A DNA stretch of 64,000 nt from an uncultured Actinomycetota bacterium (GTDB lineage Bacteria; Actinomycetota; Actinomycetes; JAHEKZ01). The translations under genes and the position numbers were made by a program. Below are positions 10,190-19,967 of this stretch, one piece after another. Under the pieces are notes generated by a model, which had not been told where the DNA came from, searched no databases, and was given only the letters and a program-made list of their open reading frames with translations. Within the stretch, counting starts at the first letter, position 1; the number at the start of each line of letters is the position of its first letter. Location of the stretch: the NCBI GenBank assembly GCA_963718235.1, contig CAVQYR010000001.1, positions 1,088,001-1,152,000 on the forward strand. The letters run 5' to 3'.

Positions 10190-10275
10190 GCGCTCTTGCG
10201 GCGAGCGGGGGAGATCACAGCGCATCCGGTGCCACTCTGAACTCGAGCGATGTGGGTTCTTCGGAAGGCACCGTG
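10190..10275 (-). repeat. Second fragment of the DDE transposase at 8.3-9.1 kb
   Basis: GAFRRTHIARVQSGTGCAVISPARRKS aligns with GAFRGTHIARVQNETACPMISPARRKS (8955-9036). Confidence 0.75.
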
Positions 10276-10391
10276 GGTGACTGGTCGGATCAATGTCGTT
10301 CAACTCCAGGGGACCGGGCCCCTCGCCTAGGATCGGCAGATGGCCGCATGCCCGTATCAGGCAAACAGTGTCGTGGTGGAGGGAGACGCAG

Positions 10392-11675
10392 ATGTCGCAG
10401 AAGACCGTCGCATTCTTTCCTGAGCCGGGGGCTTGGGGTCCCACGAACAACTTGGTAGCGATCGCCGAGACGCTTCGTGCGCGTGGGACGCGTTGTGTCT
10501 TCGTGATTGAGGAGTCTTTCGAAGGCAAGTTGGCTGACAAGGGGTTCGACGAGGCGCCGATGCGACTGGGTCCAGCGCCGGAGACGCCCGAAGCGGTGGG
10601 GGAGGGGTGGGCGGAGTTCATCCGAGCGACGGCTCCGGAGTTCCGGAAGCCCACGAGTGAGCAGCTCGCCACGGTGATCAAACCGATCTGGGAGGAGCTC
10701 GTCGGTGGGGGCAAGTACGCCCACGGGCGTCTGATGGAGATCTGGGCCGAGCACCGGCCGGACGTGATCGTCTCGGATAACGTGGTGGGATTCGCGGCGG
10801 TACCGCTGGCGGAAGTGCCGTGGGTTCGGATGGTGTCGGCGAACCCTCTGGAGATGGAAGACCCCGACCTGCCACCACCGTTCTCTGGTCTGCCCACCGA
10901 TGATCGAACGGGATGGATGGAGTTCACCGCGGAGTTCCGGCGTCTGCACGACCCGTTGATCGCTGAGCTCAGCGACTTCAACGTGTCGGTGGGCGCCGAC
11001 CCTCTGCCCGAGGGCCACTTCCAGTACAACTCGCCCTACGCCAACCTGTACCTGTTCCCGGAGGTGATGGACTACCCGCGGTCGATCCCTCTGGACTCCA
11101 CGTGGAGCCGGCTCGACACCACGGTTCGCACCGGCGAGGAGCCGTTCGACGTCGACTCGGTGCTGCCGGGAGAGGGCAAGGTGGTCTACCTGTCGATGGG
11201 AAGCCTGGGCTGCAACGATCTGGAGCTGATGCAGCGACTGATCGATGCCCTCGACCAGACCGAGCACCGGGTGATCGTGAGCATGGGCCCGCTCGGTGAC
11301 CAGATGGAGCTTGGTGAACGGATGTGGGGCGATGAGTTCCTGCCACAACCGTCGATCCTGCCGCAGTGCGACCTGCTGATCACCCACGGCGGCAACAACA
11401 CCGTGACCGAAGGGTTCAACTTCGGACTACCGATGATCGTCCTGCCCCTCTTCTGGGACCAGTACGACAACGCGCAGCGGGTGCAGGAACTCGGCTTCGG
11501 ACGGCGCCTCGCAACGTACGGAGCATCGCAGGACGAGATCGTCACCGCTGTTGACGAGCTCCTCGCCGACAGTGCCCTCAAAGCCCGCATGGCGGACATC
11601 TCCCGCCAGCTGCAGGCCGCCCCTGCCCAGGAACGGGCGGCAGATGTCGTCGAGCAGCTGGCCAACGGCACGTGA
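10392..11675 (+). CDS. GT1 (MGT/UDP-glycosyltransferase family) glycosyltransferase
   Basis: VYLSMGS, LPQPSIL, ITHGGNNT and PLFWDQYDNA; GGAG RBS before ATG 10392. Confidence 0.9.
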   Translation: MSQKTVAFFPEPGAWGPTNNLVAIAETLRARGTRCVFVIEESFEGKLADKGFDEAPMRLGPAPETPEAVGEGWAEFIRATAPEFRKPTSEQLATVIKPIWEELVGGGKYAHGRLMEIWAEHRPDVIVSDNVVGFAAVPLAEVPWVRMVSANPLEMEDPDLPPPFSGLPTDDRTGWMEFTAEFRRLHDPLIAELSDFNVSVGADPLPEGHFQYNSPYANLYLFPEVMDYPRSIPLDSTWSRLDTTVRTGEEPFDVDSVLPGEGKVVYLSMGSLGCNDLELMQRLIDALDQTEHRVIVSMGPLGDQMELGERMWGDEFLPQPSILPQCDLLITHGGNNTVTEGFNFGLPMIVLPLFWDQYDNAQRVQELGFGRRLATYGASQDEIVTAVDELLADSALKARMADISRQLQAAPAQERAADVVEQLANGT

Positions 11676-11812
11676 CCACCCAGGAGAGTCCGGTGGACGC
11701 ATGAGGAGTCGCTAGCGGTTCTCCTCGTCGAGCACATCGAGGTCCGATCGCTTGAGTCGGTGCGGCTTGGCGTTCCGGCGCCAGTGTCTTCCGCACCAGG
11801 GTGACTGCCGGT

Positions 11813-14272
11813 TCAGCACCGAACGCGTGCCAGACCCGGATCGAGGAGCGGCTTCAGCGACGCCTGCGCGCCGACCAGTCTTCCGGCGACGTCGACTTCC
11901 CAATGACCCGCGCTCACGAGGGGTGCGGTGATCGGCTCCTCGAGGCTCACGAAGCCTAGGCCGACGGCCCCGCCGAGAGTGTGGCCGTAGGCGCCCACTT
12001 GAAGGTGGCCGACCGCGTGTCCGTCGAGGTAGATGATCTCGTTGCCGAACAGCAGGGGTACGGGATCGCTCAGGAGGATCTGCAGCATTCGCCGCTTCGG
12101 CGTGCCAGCCGCGTGGATCGACGCGAGGGCTTCGCGGCCGATGAAGCCGTCCGGTTTGTCGAGCCGCACGGCGAAGCCGAGCCCGGCTTCGATCGGGTTG
12201 TCGGTGTTGTCGACGTCCACCCCGAAATCGCGGTACGCCTTCTCCAGACGCAGCGAAGCCAGCGTCTGCATGCCGGCGTTCCGGATGCCCAACCGGCGTC
12301 CTGCCTCCATCACGAGGTCGTACACCTGTACGGCATGAAGGCTCGGGACGTGGAGCTCCCAGCCGAGCTCACCCACGTACGTCACCCGCAGCGCCAGCAC
12401 GTCGAAGTAGCCGACATCGATGCGGCGCGCGGACATGTACGGGAAGCCTTCGTTCGACAGGTCGGCATCGCTGATCGTGCTGAGCAGGTCGCGCGCCTTG
12501 GGGCCGTGGACGTTGATCTGCGTGACTCCGGCGGTCATGTCGGTGATCGTCACGAACTGCTCCGATCTGACGTGACGGCGCAGCCAGGTCTCGGTGTGGC
12601 CGTGGCTGTTCTCGCCGACCACGACCAAGAACGAGTCTGCCTCCAGGCGGGTGACGGTGAGGTCGGCCTCGAATCCGCCAGCCTCGTTCGCCCACGCGGT
12701 GTAGACCACGCGGCCGGGCTCCACATCGACCTCGTTGCAGCTCACGCGACCCAGCAGCTCGCACGCGTCTCGACCCTGGACGAGGAACTTCGACATCGAG
12801 GACATGTCGATCACGACCACGTCCTGCCGGGCCGCATGATGCTCCTCGGCGTGCCAGTCGAACCAGGGCTGACGGCCCCAGCTGTACCGGTCGAGATGCG
12901 CCTGTTCGGGCGTCGGCGCAAACCAGTCGGGCAGTTCCCAGCCGTGGCTCTCCGTGAAGTACGCCCCTGCGGTTCTGAGCCGGTCGTACAGGACCGACTG
13001 CTTCAGCCCGCGGGCAGTTGTGAAGGTGCTGTTGGGGAAGTGCGCGCCGAAGCTCTTCGCGAGCAGCTCTGGTGTCCGGGTGCGCCGGAATGCGGGAGTG
13101 TTCTGGGTGCCGTCGGCGAAGCGGTCGACGTTGAAGGCGGTGTGATCAACTGGGCATGCACCCTCGACGATCCAGCGGGCAAGCACCTTCCCGATCCCCG
13201 GGCCGTACAGGATGCCGAGGGAGTTCAGCCCGGCGGCGACCCAGCAGTTGCGAAGGCTTGGTGCTTCCCCGACAAGCGGTGCGAGGTCAGGGGTGAAGCT
13301 CTCCGGGCCACAGAACAGTTTGCGGATACCGGCGCTGGTCGCTGCCGGTATCCGGGCGAACGCGCGCTCCAGGTGCGGGCCCATCCGGTCCCAGTCGGGC
13401 TCGATCTCGCCGAATGAGAAGTCGTCAGGAATCCGGTCGATGTTCCACGGTGCGGCGTCGGGCTCGAACAGCCCGATCATCATCCCGCCGACCTCTTCGC
13501 GAAAGTACGCCCAGGAGTGTGCGTCCTCGAGCAGGGGGAGGTCCCGGTGGACGCCTTCGATCGGCTCGGTAATGAGGTAGTAGTGCTCGGCTGCCTGCAG
13601 CGGGAGGTTGATCCCGACGACAGCACCGATCTGGCGCGACCACATTCCTGCCGCGATGACGACGTGCTCGGCGTCGATGTCACCCTTGTCGGTGCGGACC
13701 CCGACAGCACGACCGTTCGCTGTCAGGATCTGCTCGACTCGCGTGTCCTCCAGGATCCGTGTCCCGTGGTCGCGAGCGCCGCGGGCGAGCGCCATCGTCG
13801 TGTCTACCGGGTTGACGCGCCCTTCGCGGGGGAACCAGTAGGCGGCAAGCGTCGAGGAGAAGTCGCCGATGGGGAACAGCTCCGCCGCTTCGGCCGGGGA
13901 GACCTCATGTACCTCGATGCCCATGCGGCTCATGAAGGCGGACGCCCGCCTGCACTCCTCGACGCGTTCCTGCGTGTCGGCCGGCTGGATGTACCCCACC
14001 TGGCGCCAGCCCGTGGCCTGACCGGTTCGCGCCTCGAGGTCAGCGATCAAGTCGCGTCCGTAGGTGTAGAGGTCGCAGGCCCACTCGTCTCCGAGCAGCC
14101 CGGGAACGACCTCTCCCGCTGCATGCCAGGTGGTCCCCGAGGTCAACTTGTCGCGTTCGACCACCACGACATCCGTCCAGCCGAGGAGGTTGAGGTGATA
14201 GGCGATGTTGCAGCCGATTGAGCCGCCACCCACGATGACGACCTGGGCACGGGTGGGTAGGTCGCCGGTCAT
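11813..14272 (-). CDS. GcvT-family FAD oxidoreductase (dimethylglycine/sarcosine dehydrogenase-like)
   Basis: IVGGGSIG, SGTTWHAAG, GPESFTPD, folate-binding domain TYVGELGWE and SLRLEKAYR. Confidence 0.93.
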   Translation of the reverse strand: MTGDLPTRAQVVIVGGGSIGCNIAYHLNLLGWTDVVVVERDKLTSGTTWHAAGEVVPGLLGDEWACDLYTYGRDLIADLEARTGQATGWRQVGYIQPADTQERVEECRRASAFMSRMGIEVHEVSPAEAAELFPIGDFSSTLAAYWFPREGRVNPVDTTMALARGARDHGTRILEDTRVEQILTANGRAVGVRTDKGDIDAEHVVIAAGMWSRQIGAVVGINLPLQAAEHYYLITEPIEGVHRDLPLLEDAHSWAYFREEVGGMMIGLFEPDAAPWNIDRIPDDFSFGEIEPDWDRMGPHLERAFARIPAATSAGIRKLFCGPESFTPDLAPLVGEAPSLRNCWVAAGLNSLGILYGPGIGKVLARWIVEGACPVDHTAFNVDRFADGTQNTPAFRRTRTPELLAKSFGAHFPNSTFTTARGLKQSVLYDRLRTAGAYFTESHGWELPDWFAPTPEQAHLDRYSWGRQPWFDWHAEEHHAARQDVVVIDMSSMSKFLVQGRDACELLGRVSCNEVDVEPGRVVYTAWANEAGGFEADLTVTRLEADSFLVVVGENSHGHTETWLRRHVRSEQFVTITDMTAGVTQINVHGPKARDLLSTISDADLSNEGFPYMSARRIDVGYFDVLALRVTYVGELGWELHVPSLHAVQVYDLVMEAGRRLGIRNAGMQTLASLRLEKAYRDFGVDVDNTDNPIEAGLGFAVRLDKPDGFIGREALASIHAAGTPKRRMLQILLSDPVPLLFGNEIIYLDGHAVGHLQVGAYGHTLGGAVGLGFVSLEEPITAPLVSAGHWEVDVAGRLVGAQASLKPLLDPGLARVRC

Positions 14273-14371
14273 TAGCTGCCTCCGTTGCGAGGGTTGAGTG
14301 CGACGTCAACTCTAGGCTTGGCTGCTGGGGTTCGCACTCGACTGCAGGCAGTGGCTGCGGTCGAGGTCTCG

Positions 14372-14412
14372 GTCGATCTGCAGATCAGGGTGTGGCGGGC
14401 GTAGAACGCCGA
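14372..14412 (-). repeat. Third short fragment of the same DDE transposase
   Basis: Encodes AFYARHTLICRS versus AFYARHTLTCRS at ~8697-8733. Confidence 0.65.
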
Positions 14413-14600
14413 AGTGCCGTCCGGTACGTCGAAAGAACCCAGGTCAGACTTTGCCGATGCGGTTCGGCGTCTACACGAGCTCTCCTAGCCGGCGGAGGAC
14501 CTTGGCCTCTGGGAAGTCGCGCCAGGCTTGCAAGTATGAGTTGTGAGGTACGGCCGAGTGACATCGGTCGTAGCGTGAGTCACCGTGGAAGGAGAAGACA

Positions 14601-15020
14601 ATGCCAAAGGTATCGAGGGCCACCGCATCCTCTCACTTGGCCATTCCCGACTACGTGGACAACTGCGAGGAGGAGCTCGGTCGCTGGACCGTGAGCCTGG
14701 AAAGCAGCTTCACCGACATGGACCTCGCGCCCTTCTACAGGGGCGCACCGAATGATCAGTGCCAGGCATCGCACGTTGGCTACGTGCTCAAAGGGAAGTT
14801 CGGTGTCCGGAAGGCCGATGGGGAAGAGGAGATCTTCGAGGCCGGTGACGCGTTCGTCATCGAACCAGGGCACACTCCACTCATGTTCGCTGGATGCGAG
14901 TACGTCGCCTTCACCCCTACTGCTGAGTCGAAAGCGGTCGAAGCTGTGGTCATGCCGAACATGATGAAGTACGCGGAAGAGCAGGGGATCGAACTGCCGG
15001 CGCAGGTGGCGTCTGCGTAG
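14601..15020 (+). CDS. Cupin domain protein
   Basis: CQASHVGYVLKG and FEAGDAFVIEPGHTP; AGGAG RBS. Confidence 0.85.
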   Translation: MPKVSRATASSHLAIPDYVDNCEEELGRWTVSLESSFTDMDLAPFYRGAPNDQCQASHVGYVLKGKFGVRKADGEEEIFEAGDAFVIEPGHTPLMFAGCEYVAFTPTAESKAVEAVVMPNMMKYAEEQGIELPAQVASA

Positions 15021-15107
15021 TTCTTCGTCAGGCAGTCATGGCCTCACGTGCAGGGGGCTGGCATCTTCGGTAGTGGGGCCCCAAGCGGCATCGCGAACGG
15101 GTGCGGG

Positions 15108-16538
15108 TCAGTCGCGCAGGGCTTCAGCGAGTTCGCGGAAGTGGCCGACGAGTAGGTCCATGTCTTCGCGGGTGTGGGCCAGTGACACCAGCCACTGCTC
15201 GTCGAGACCGGGCGGAGTGAGAATGCCGCGGTTCACACCCCACAGCCAGCTGAGCTCAGCGGCACCGAAGTCGGTGCGCTTGTAGTCGCGGTAGTTGCGC
15301 ACCGGAGCCGTAGACCAGGTGACCGCACCCTTGACGCCGAATCCGACGGTGTGAGTTGGCAGCTCGTGCTCGTCGATGATCGCGTTCATCGCCTCGAGGG
15401 AGTCGACGTTGAGCTTCTCGGCAGCGGAGAGTGCTTCCGCTGTGGCGATCTGGTCGATGGCCACTGCTGCGGCCATGACGAGCGGGTTGCCGTTGTAGGT
15501 GCCGAAGTGCGGCATGCGATCGTCGCTCACACAGGCCATGACCTCGGCGCGCCCGCCGAAAGCTGCGAGCGGCAGACCGCCGCCGATGCTCTTGGCCAGA
15601 CAGATCAGGTCCGGCGTGACGCCAAGCCGCTGTGCGGCGCCGGCAGGCCCAGCCGTCAGGCCGGTCTTGACCTCGTCGAACACCAGAAGGGCCCCGTTCA
15701 CGTCGCACATCTCGCGCACGCCGGCGAGGTAGCCCTGGTCGGGGACAACGATTCCGATGTTCTCGAGCACCGGCTCCATGAAGACGCACGCGATCTCCGA
15801 GCCGTGTTCGGCGAACAGCTGCTCCAAGCGCGCGAGGTCGTTGTAGGGGACGACGTAGACCGTTCCGGCCTCGACCTCGAACGGCGTGACCGGTGTCGGT
15901 GCTGCCTCGGGGCCGGCCTCGGCGACCGCGGGCTTCACCGAGACCTGCAGGGCGTCGTAGCCGCCGTGGTAGCCACCTTCGATCTTGATGATCGCCTTGC
16001 GCCTGGTGAACGCTCGGGCGGTCCGCACCGCGTACATCGTCGCCTCGGTGCCGGAGTTGGTGAAACGCAGCTTGTCGAGGCCGAAGCGCCGCTGGAAGCG
16101 CTCGGCCGCCTCGGTCGCTGACGGGGACGGCGTCACGAACAGGGTCCCGGTCTCCAGGGCGCTACCGACCGCGGCGACGACCGTCGGGTTGAGGTGGCCC
16201 GCCAGCATGGCGCCAAAGCCCATCGAGAGGTCGAGCAGCCTGCGACCGTCGACGTCGGTGAGCCAGGCACCCTTGGCGCTGGTCACCGCTACGGGGTAGG
16301 GGTCCCAGTGCTGAAACGATGACGGGACGCCGAGGGGAAGCACGCCGAGGGCCCGAGCGTGGTGTGCACCGGAGCCGGGCGTCTGCGACTCGAACCGCTC
16401 CCACTCAGCGGCGAGCAGCGACGCCACGCGTGCCGGGTCGAGCGGGGTGGCGCCCCCGGGGACGACCCGGTAGGTGGCCGGGTCGTGCGCAGGCCAGGTC
16501 ACAGGAGTGGGGGCGGCGGTAGCCGGCTGCGTGCTCAT
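15108..16538 (-). CDS. Class III PLP aminotransferase (glutamate-1-semialdehyde aminomutase-like)
   Basis: NSGTEAT, GGYHG, FDEVKTG, PDLICLAKSIGGG and GTYNGNP. Confidence 0.9.
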   Translation of the reverse strand: MSTQPATAAPTPVTWPAHDPATYRVVPGGATPLDPARVASLLAAEWERFESQTPGSGAHHARALGVLPLGVPSSFQHWDPYPVAVTSAKGAWLTDVDGRRLLDLSMGFGAMLAGHLNPTVVAAVGSALETGTLFVTPSPSATEAAERFQRRFGLDKLRFTNSGTEATMYAVRTARAFTRRKAIIKIEGGYHGGYDALQVSVKPAVAEAGPEAAPTPVTPFEVEAGTVYVVPYNDLARLEQLFAEHGSEIACVFMEPVLENIGIVVPDQGYLAGVREMCDVNGALLVFDEVKTGLTAGPAGAAQRLGVTPDLICLAKSIGGGLPLAAFGGRAEVMACVSDDRMPHFGTYNGNPLVMAAAVAIDQIATAEALSAAEKLNVDSLEAMNAIIDEHELPTHTVGFGVKGAVTWSTAPVRNYRDYKRTDFGAAELSWLWGVNRGILTPPGLDEQWLVSLAHTREDMDLLVGHFRELAEALRD

Positions 16539-17869
16539 CTCGGCACTGTAGCGGCGCCATGAGGTCCTGGCGAGTGCGCTGCACCCTGCCCCATTGACTC
16601 CTGAGCCTGCCCGTCACGAATGCGGCGGACGGCACCTGCGAATTGCGACTCGAGCAGCACCGGATCGGCTTCACGTTCGACTTCGTCGAGCCGGTAGTCG
16701 GTCACCATCGGCTGTGCCACCCCTTCGGCGGCCAGCGCGCGCAGTCGCGCTGGTTCGCCGAGTCGACGCTGGCGATGGTCACGGTGCATCCGCTCGAAGT
16801 CCGCACGGTCAAGGGGCGTCAGCTCCAGGAACCCAGCCTCGACGGCAGCCGCCACGAGCTCGCTCCCAGCGGCGGTACGTTCGAGGATGACATTCACCCC
16901 AGGAGCTTCCTCATGCAGCGCGTGTCCGTCGCCATCGAGAAGCCAACCGTCGGGACAGACGACGTCGGCGAGCTCACCGATCGCATCAGGACAGATCTTG
17001 CAACGCCACTGCACGTCGTAGCGCCACGGCGCCTCACTGTCGAACCAGGTCTGGTCATAGCTGAGGTCGAACGAACGGCCGTCGGAGGCCTCGACGTGCG
17101 TCGGTCCGGGCCACCCCTCACCTCGCCATCGGAAGATCGCGACCTCCTGAGCCTCCAGCCCGTGGAAACCAGCGATCTTCTGTGCCGTCCCGGCGTTTGG
17201 TACTCCGCCGCAGAACAGGGTGAGCAAGTGCGGAACCTGGGTCTTCACCCGTGCATCGAATCGTGCCAGATTGCGGACCGCAGCGACGTCACACGGCTTG
17301 GCGATGACTGCGAAGGTCTTGCCTTCATCCAGTAGCCGTTGCACGTGGACCAATGGCGCAGACGGTCCATAGCGCGACTGAGCGCCCGCGACGACCTCGT
17401 TGCTCGTGGTTGAGACCTGTGCTGCGGTCAGCATCGGCTGGTCTGTTGACGCCCGCACGTGAAGTACGGCATCGACGCGTCCGCTCTCGAGCAGAAAGCA
17501 GCCGAGTGCGGTCAGGGCGCCGCCCGCCGCAGCGCGATGGCGGATCGCTGGATCGGCCGCCCACCCTCGCGAAAGCCCGCGCATAGGGCCCCAGATCAGG
17601 TCCACCGGAGTGCCTTCGCTGAGCGGCGCGGCTGCACTGCCATCCGCAGAGAACCCCGGGCAGACGGCCAACAACCGCTCGTTCTCCTCAGCGTGGAGGG
17701 CGTCACGGATGAGCGGACGCGTCTGTCCGCTCGGCGACAGACGCATCTCGATGCGATCGCGCCCGGCCAGGCTCTCGCAGATCCCACAACCGGCGCAGAG
17801 TCCGCCGCGAACGACATCTTCGAGGCTTTCGACCTTGCTCCTCGTCAATGTCAGCCACCGCCCGATCAC
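16535..17869 (-). CDS. Coenzyme F420 hydrogenase/dehydrogenase beta-subunit (FrhB/FdhB) family Fe-S flavoprotein
   Basis: CAGCGIC, VCPG, AAGGALT, SRY, KPCD, LFCGG and RCKICPD; start uncertain. Confidence 0.85.
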   Translation of the reverse strand: MIGRWLTLTRSKVESLEDVVRGGLCAGCGICESLAGRDRIEMRLSPSGQTRPLIRDALHAEENERLLAVCPGFSADGSAAAPLSEGTPVDLIWGPMRGLSRGWAADPAIRHRAAAGGALTALGCFLLESGRVDAVLHVRASTDQPMLTAAQVSTTSNEVVAGAQSRYGPSAPLVHVQRLLDEGKTFAVIAKPCDVAAVRNLARFDARVKTQVPHLLTLFCGGVPNAGTAQKIAGFHGLEAQEVAIFRWRGEGWPGPTHVEASDGRSFDLSYDQTWFDSEAPWRYDVQWRCKICPDAIGELADVVCPDGWLLDGDGHALHEEAPGVNVILERTAAGSELVAAAVEAGFLELTPLDRADFERMHRDHRQRRLGEPARLRALAAEGVAQPMVTDYRLDEVEREADPVLLESQFAGAVRRIRDGQAQESMGQGAAHSPGPHGAATVPR

Positions 17870-18006
17870 TGCTGCTCAGTTGAACGGATCTGCCCGACCA
17901 TACATCGGGAGGCGAAGCCTGGAGGGGCTCGACCCATGGCCTGACCACTCACGCACATCGTGGAGGTGGGGGAGATCGGAGCTGAGGACCGTGGTTGCCC
18001 CCAACA

Positions 18007-18492
18007 TCAGCCCGAAAGAGCTTGCTGAACTGACCCGTTGGCCACCGGTCGGCAGGCTCGGCGGACCCGCACGACCTGGGCAATCAAGAGGGTGAAGACG
18101 ATGATGACCAGCCCGAAGAGCGTGAATGCCAGGGTCCTTCCGACCCCAGCGAGGGTTCGCGGCGGCGGTGGTGAGTACAGAGAAGCAGCCTCTGCCACAT
18201 CAAGGCTCGTCGTCCCTGTCACCGGATCGCCCAAGACGGTGGGTAGGTAGGTCGCCGAGATGGTTCGAGGCCCGGTAGTCGCTGCCACATACGTCACTTC
18301 TGCAGTGCCGGTGGCGTCCGTCTGAATGGCGCCGATCGGAACCTGGTTGTCACCGGGGGCGAACATCGCCGTGCTTTCGTAGAAGTTCACCAGCGCACCC
18401 TCGACGGGCTTGCCATCCACGGTGACTGTCGCCGTCACAGTGTTGTCCAGTCCCTCCTCCACCGCGGTCACCTCAACAGTGGGTGCCGTGGG
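18007..18492 (-). CDS. Ig-like beta-sandwich protein with C-terminal TM anchor; probably the 3' part of a longer gene
   Basis: VTATVTVDGKPVEGALVNF..TDATGTAEVTY..ISATY, then a hydrophobic helix. The frame is open back to a TAG adjoining the A12 run. Confidence 0.7.
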   Translation of the reverse strand, partial: PTAPTVEVTAVEEGLDNTVTATVTVDGKPVEGALVNFYESTAMFAPGDNQVPIGAIQTDATGTAEVTYVAATTGPRTISATYLPTVLGDPVTGTTSLDVAEAASLYSPPPPRTLAGVGRTLAFTLFGLVIIVFTLLIAQVVRVRRACRPVANGSVQQALSG

Positions 18493-18494
18493 CT

Positions 18495-18506
18495 AAAAAA
18501 AAAAAA
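18495..18506. repeat. A12 homopolymer (T12 on the coding strand)
   Basis: Directly visible and unique in this GC-rich window. Confidence 0.95.
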
Positions 18507-18536
18507 TGGACGCGGCATAGGCGGGTTGCGCTTGGG

Positions 18537-19967
18537 TCACACCAATCGCTCCCAGCGTGAGCACGAGCAGGACCACCGCTCCAGCAGCGCCGGCCGGGTT
18601 CGCATGCGATGCCTTGCCGGGCAGCGAGAGCTCCTCGACTGGAAGCCGGCCGCCTTCTCGGCCACCTCCTGCACCTCTGCGATGGACAGCAACGGAACGA
18701 CGCGAAACAGCAGCATCAACAACAGTGGTATCGCCGCAACACCACCGAGGGTCACCGTTATCGAGACCCAGGTGAAGTTGAAGAGATCACCGAAGGCATT
18801 GGTCAGGGTGCTGTAGCCAGAGGTCTCGATAACCATGATCACCCGTTTGATCCACATGGCGATGACGACGAGGATGGCCGCGGTCACGATGCCCCAGATG
18901 TTCCGAGTCCATGGCAGGGCGATGAGGACGACTGGCAGGATCGTGCCGGCAACGAGGAAGAGCCAGAACCAGCCCGCCACGCTTCCAACCAGCATGCCGT
19001 AGATGATCTCGGTGGGACCGGTCTCTCCGACGTAGGCGCTGGGGAGCAGGTCGGCGAAGGTCAGGTATAGGTACACCGCACCAAGCGCCACCATGATGTA
19101 CCCGAGGCGCACGAAATGCTGCTTGGTGATGAAGGCCTCCAGATGGTAGCCACGTCGGAATCCCGCGGTGACGAGGATGACCAGGGCGACCCCGGAGTAG
19201 AGCGCAGCTATCACGAAGTAGGGAGCCCAGATGCTCTCGTGCCAACCGGGCCGGCTGACGAGGGCGAAGGCCCACGCCAGCACTGAGTGCACCGAGACGG
19301 CCAGCGGAATGATGACGATGGCAACGATGATCGTCGCGGAGTGGAGCACCTTGCGCTGGTGAGTCGAGCCGACCCAGCCTCGAGAGACAAAGCGGTAGAG
19401 GACTCGGCGTCCGCGCCCGAGCTCATCGGGGTGTGAGGCCAGCAAGGTTGCGGTGTCAGGCACGAGCGGGAGCAGGAAGAAGACGAAGGTGGCGAAGGTG
19501 TACGTGAGGATCGCAATCATGTCCCAGAACACGGGCGAAGCGACGTTCGGACTGGTCACCATGCCAAGGAGGCGATCCGGTCGACCGAGGTGCGGAATGA
19601 TGAAGGCCGCACCGACGACGACCGTGACCAGAGCAGTACCTTCAGCCAGGCGGACCAGCGGTGCGCGCCACGAGGCACCGGTCAACAGCAAGATGGCCGA
19701 AACCACGGCACCGCCGTAGGAGACACCAATGATGGCGACGACATCGGCAATGTAGATGGCCCAGAACGAGTCATCCGTGTAGCCCGCTACTCCCATGCCA
19801 TTCCGGAGTTGGTAGATCCAGGCGGCGATGGCAATGACCACGAGAACCGTCAACAGCGCGACTGCCAGCCAGAACCTCTTACTCGCCTTGTGGAATGGTC
19901 GCATCGCTGCCTCGACCACCTCGGCCTGTTGGTTCGTCTTTGCTGTCGACTCCAGGACGCTGCTCAT
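18537..19967 (-). CDS. nrfD: NrfD/PsrC-family polysulfide reductase-type membrane subunit
   Basis: Multi-TM protein with HLGRPDRL, SPVFWD, SVHSV, RPGWH, PYFVIAALYSG and WIKR; C-terminus probably frameshifted. Confidence 0.88.
   Translation of the reverse strand: MSSVLESTAKTNQQAEVVEAAMRPFHKASKRFWLAVALLTVLVVIAIAAWIYQLRNGMGVAGYTDDSFWAIYIADVVAIIGVSYGGAVVSAILLLTGASWRAPLVRLAEGTALVTVVVGAAFIIPHLGRPDRLLGMVTSPNVASPVFWDMIAILTYTFATFVFFLLPLVPDTATLLASHPDELGRGRRVLYRFVSRGWVGSTHQRKVLHSATIIVAIVIIPLAVSVHSVLAWAFALVSRPGWHESIWAPYFVIAALYSGVALVILVTAGFRRGYHLEAFITKQHFVRLGYIMVALGAVYLYLTFADLLPSAYVGETGPTEIIYGMLVGSVAGWFWLFLVAGTILPVVLIALPWTRNIWGIVTAAILVVIAMWIKRVIMVIETSGYSTLTNAFGDLFNFTWVSITVTLGGVAAIPLLLMLLFRVVPLLSIAEVQEVAEKAAGFQSRSSRCPARHRMRTRPALLERWSCSCSRWERLV

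Noticed and set aside
9854-11029. 391-aa ORF as an intact transposase
   Set aside because: Only the last ~110 aa are IS3 orfB; the rest is antisense to the glycosyltransferase or other debris
15108-16538. hemL assignment
   Set aside because: Same fold but divergent motifs and no tetrapyrrole genes nearby; likely a catabolic paralog
17876-18007. 43-aa ORF overlapping the Ig-protein stop codon
   Set aside because: No recognisable motif or coding bias, so it cannot be supported
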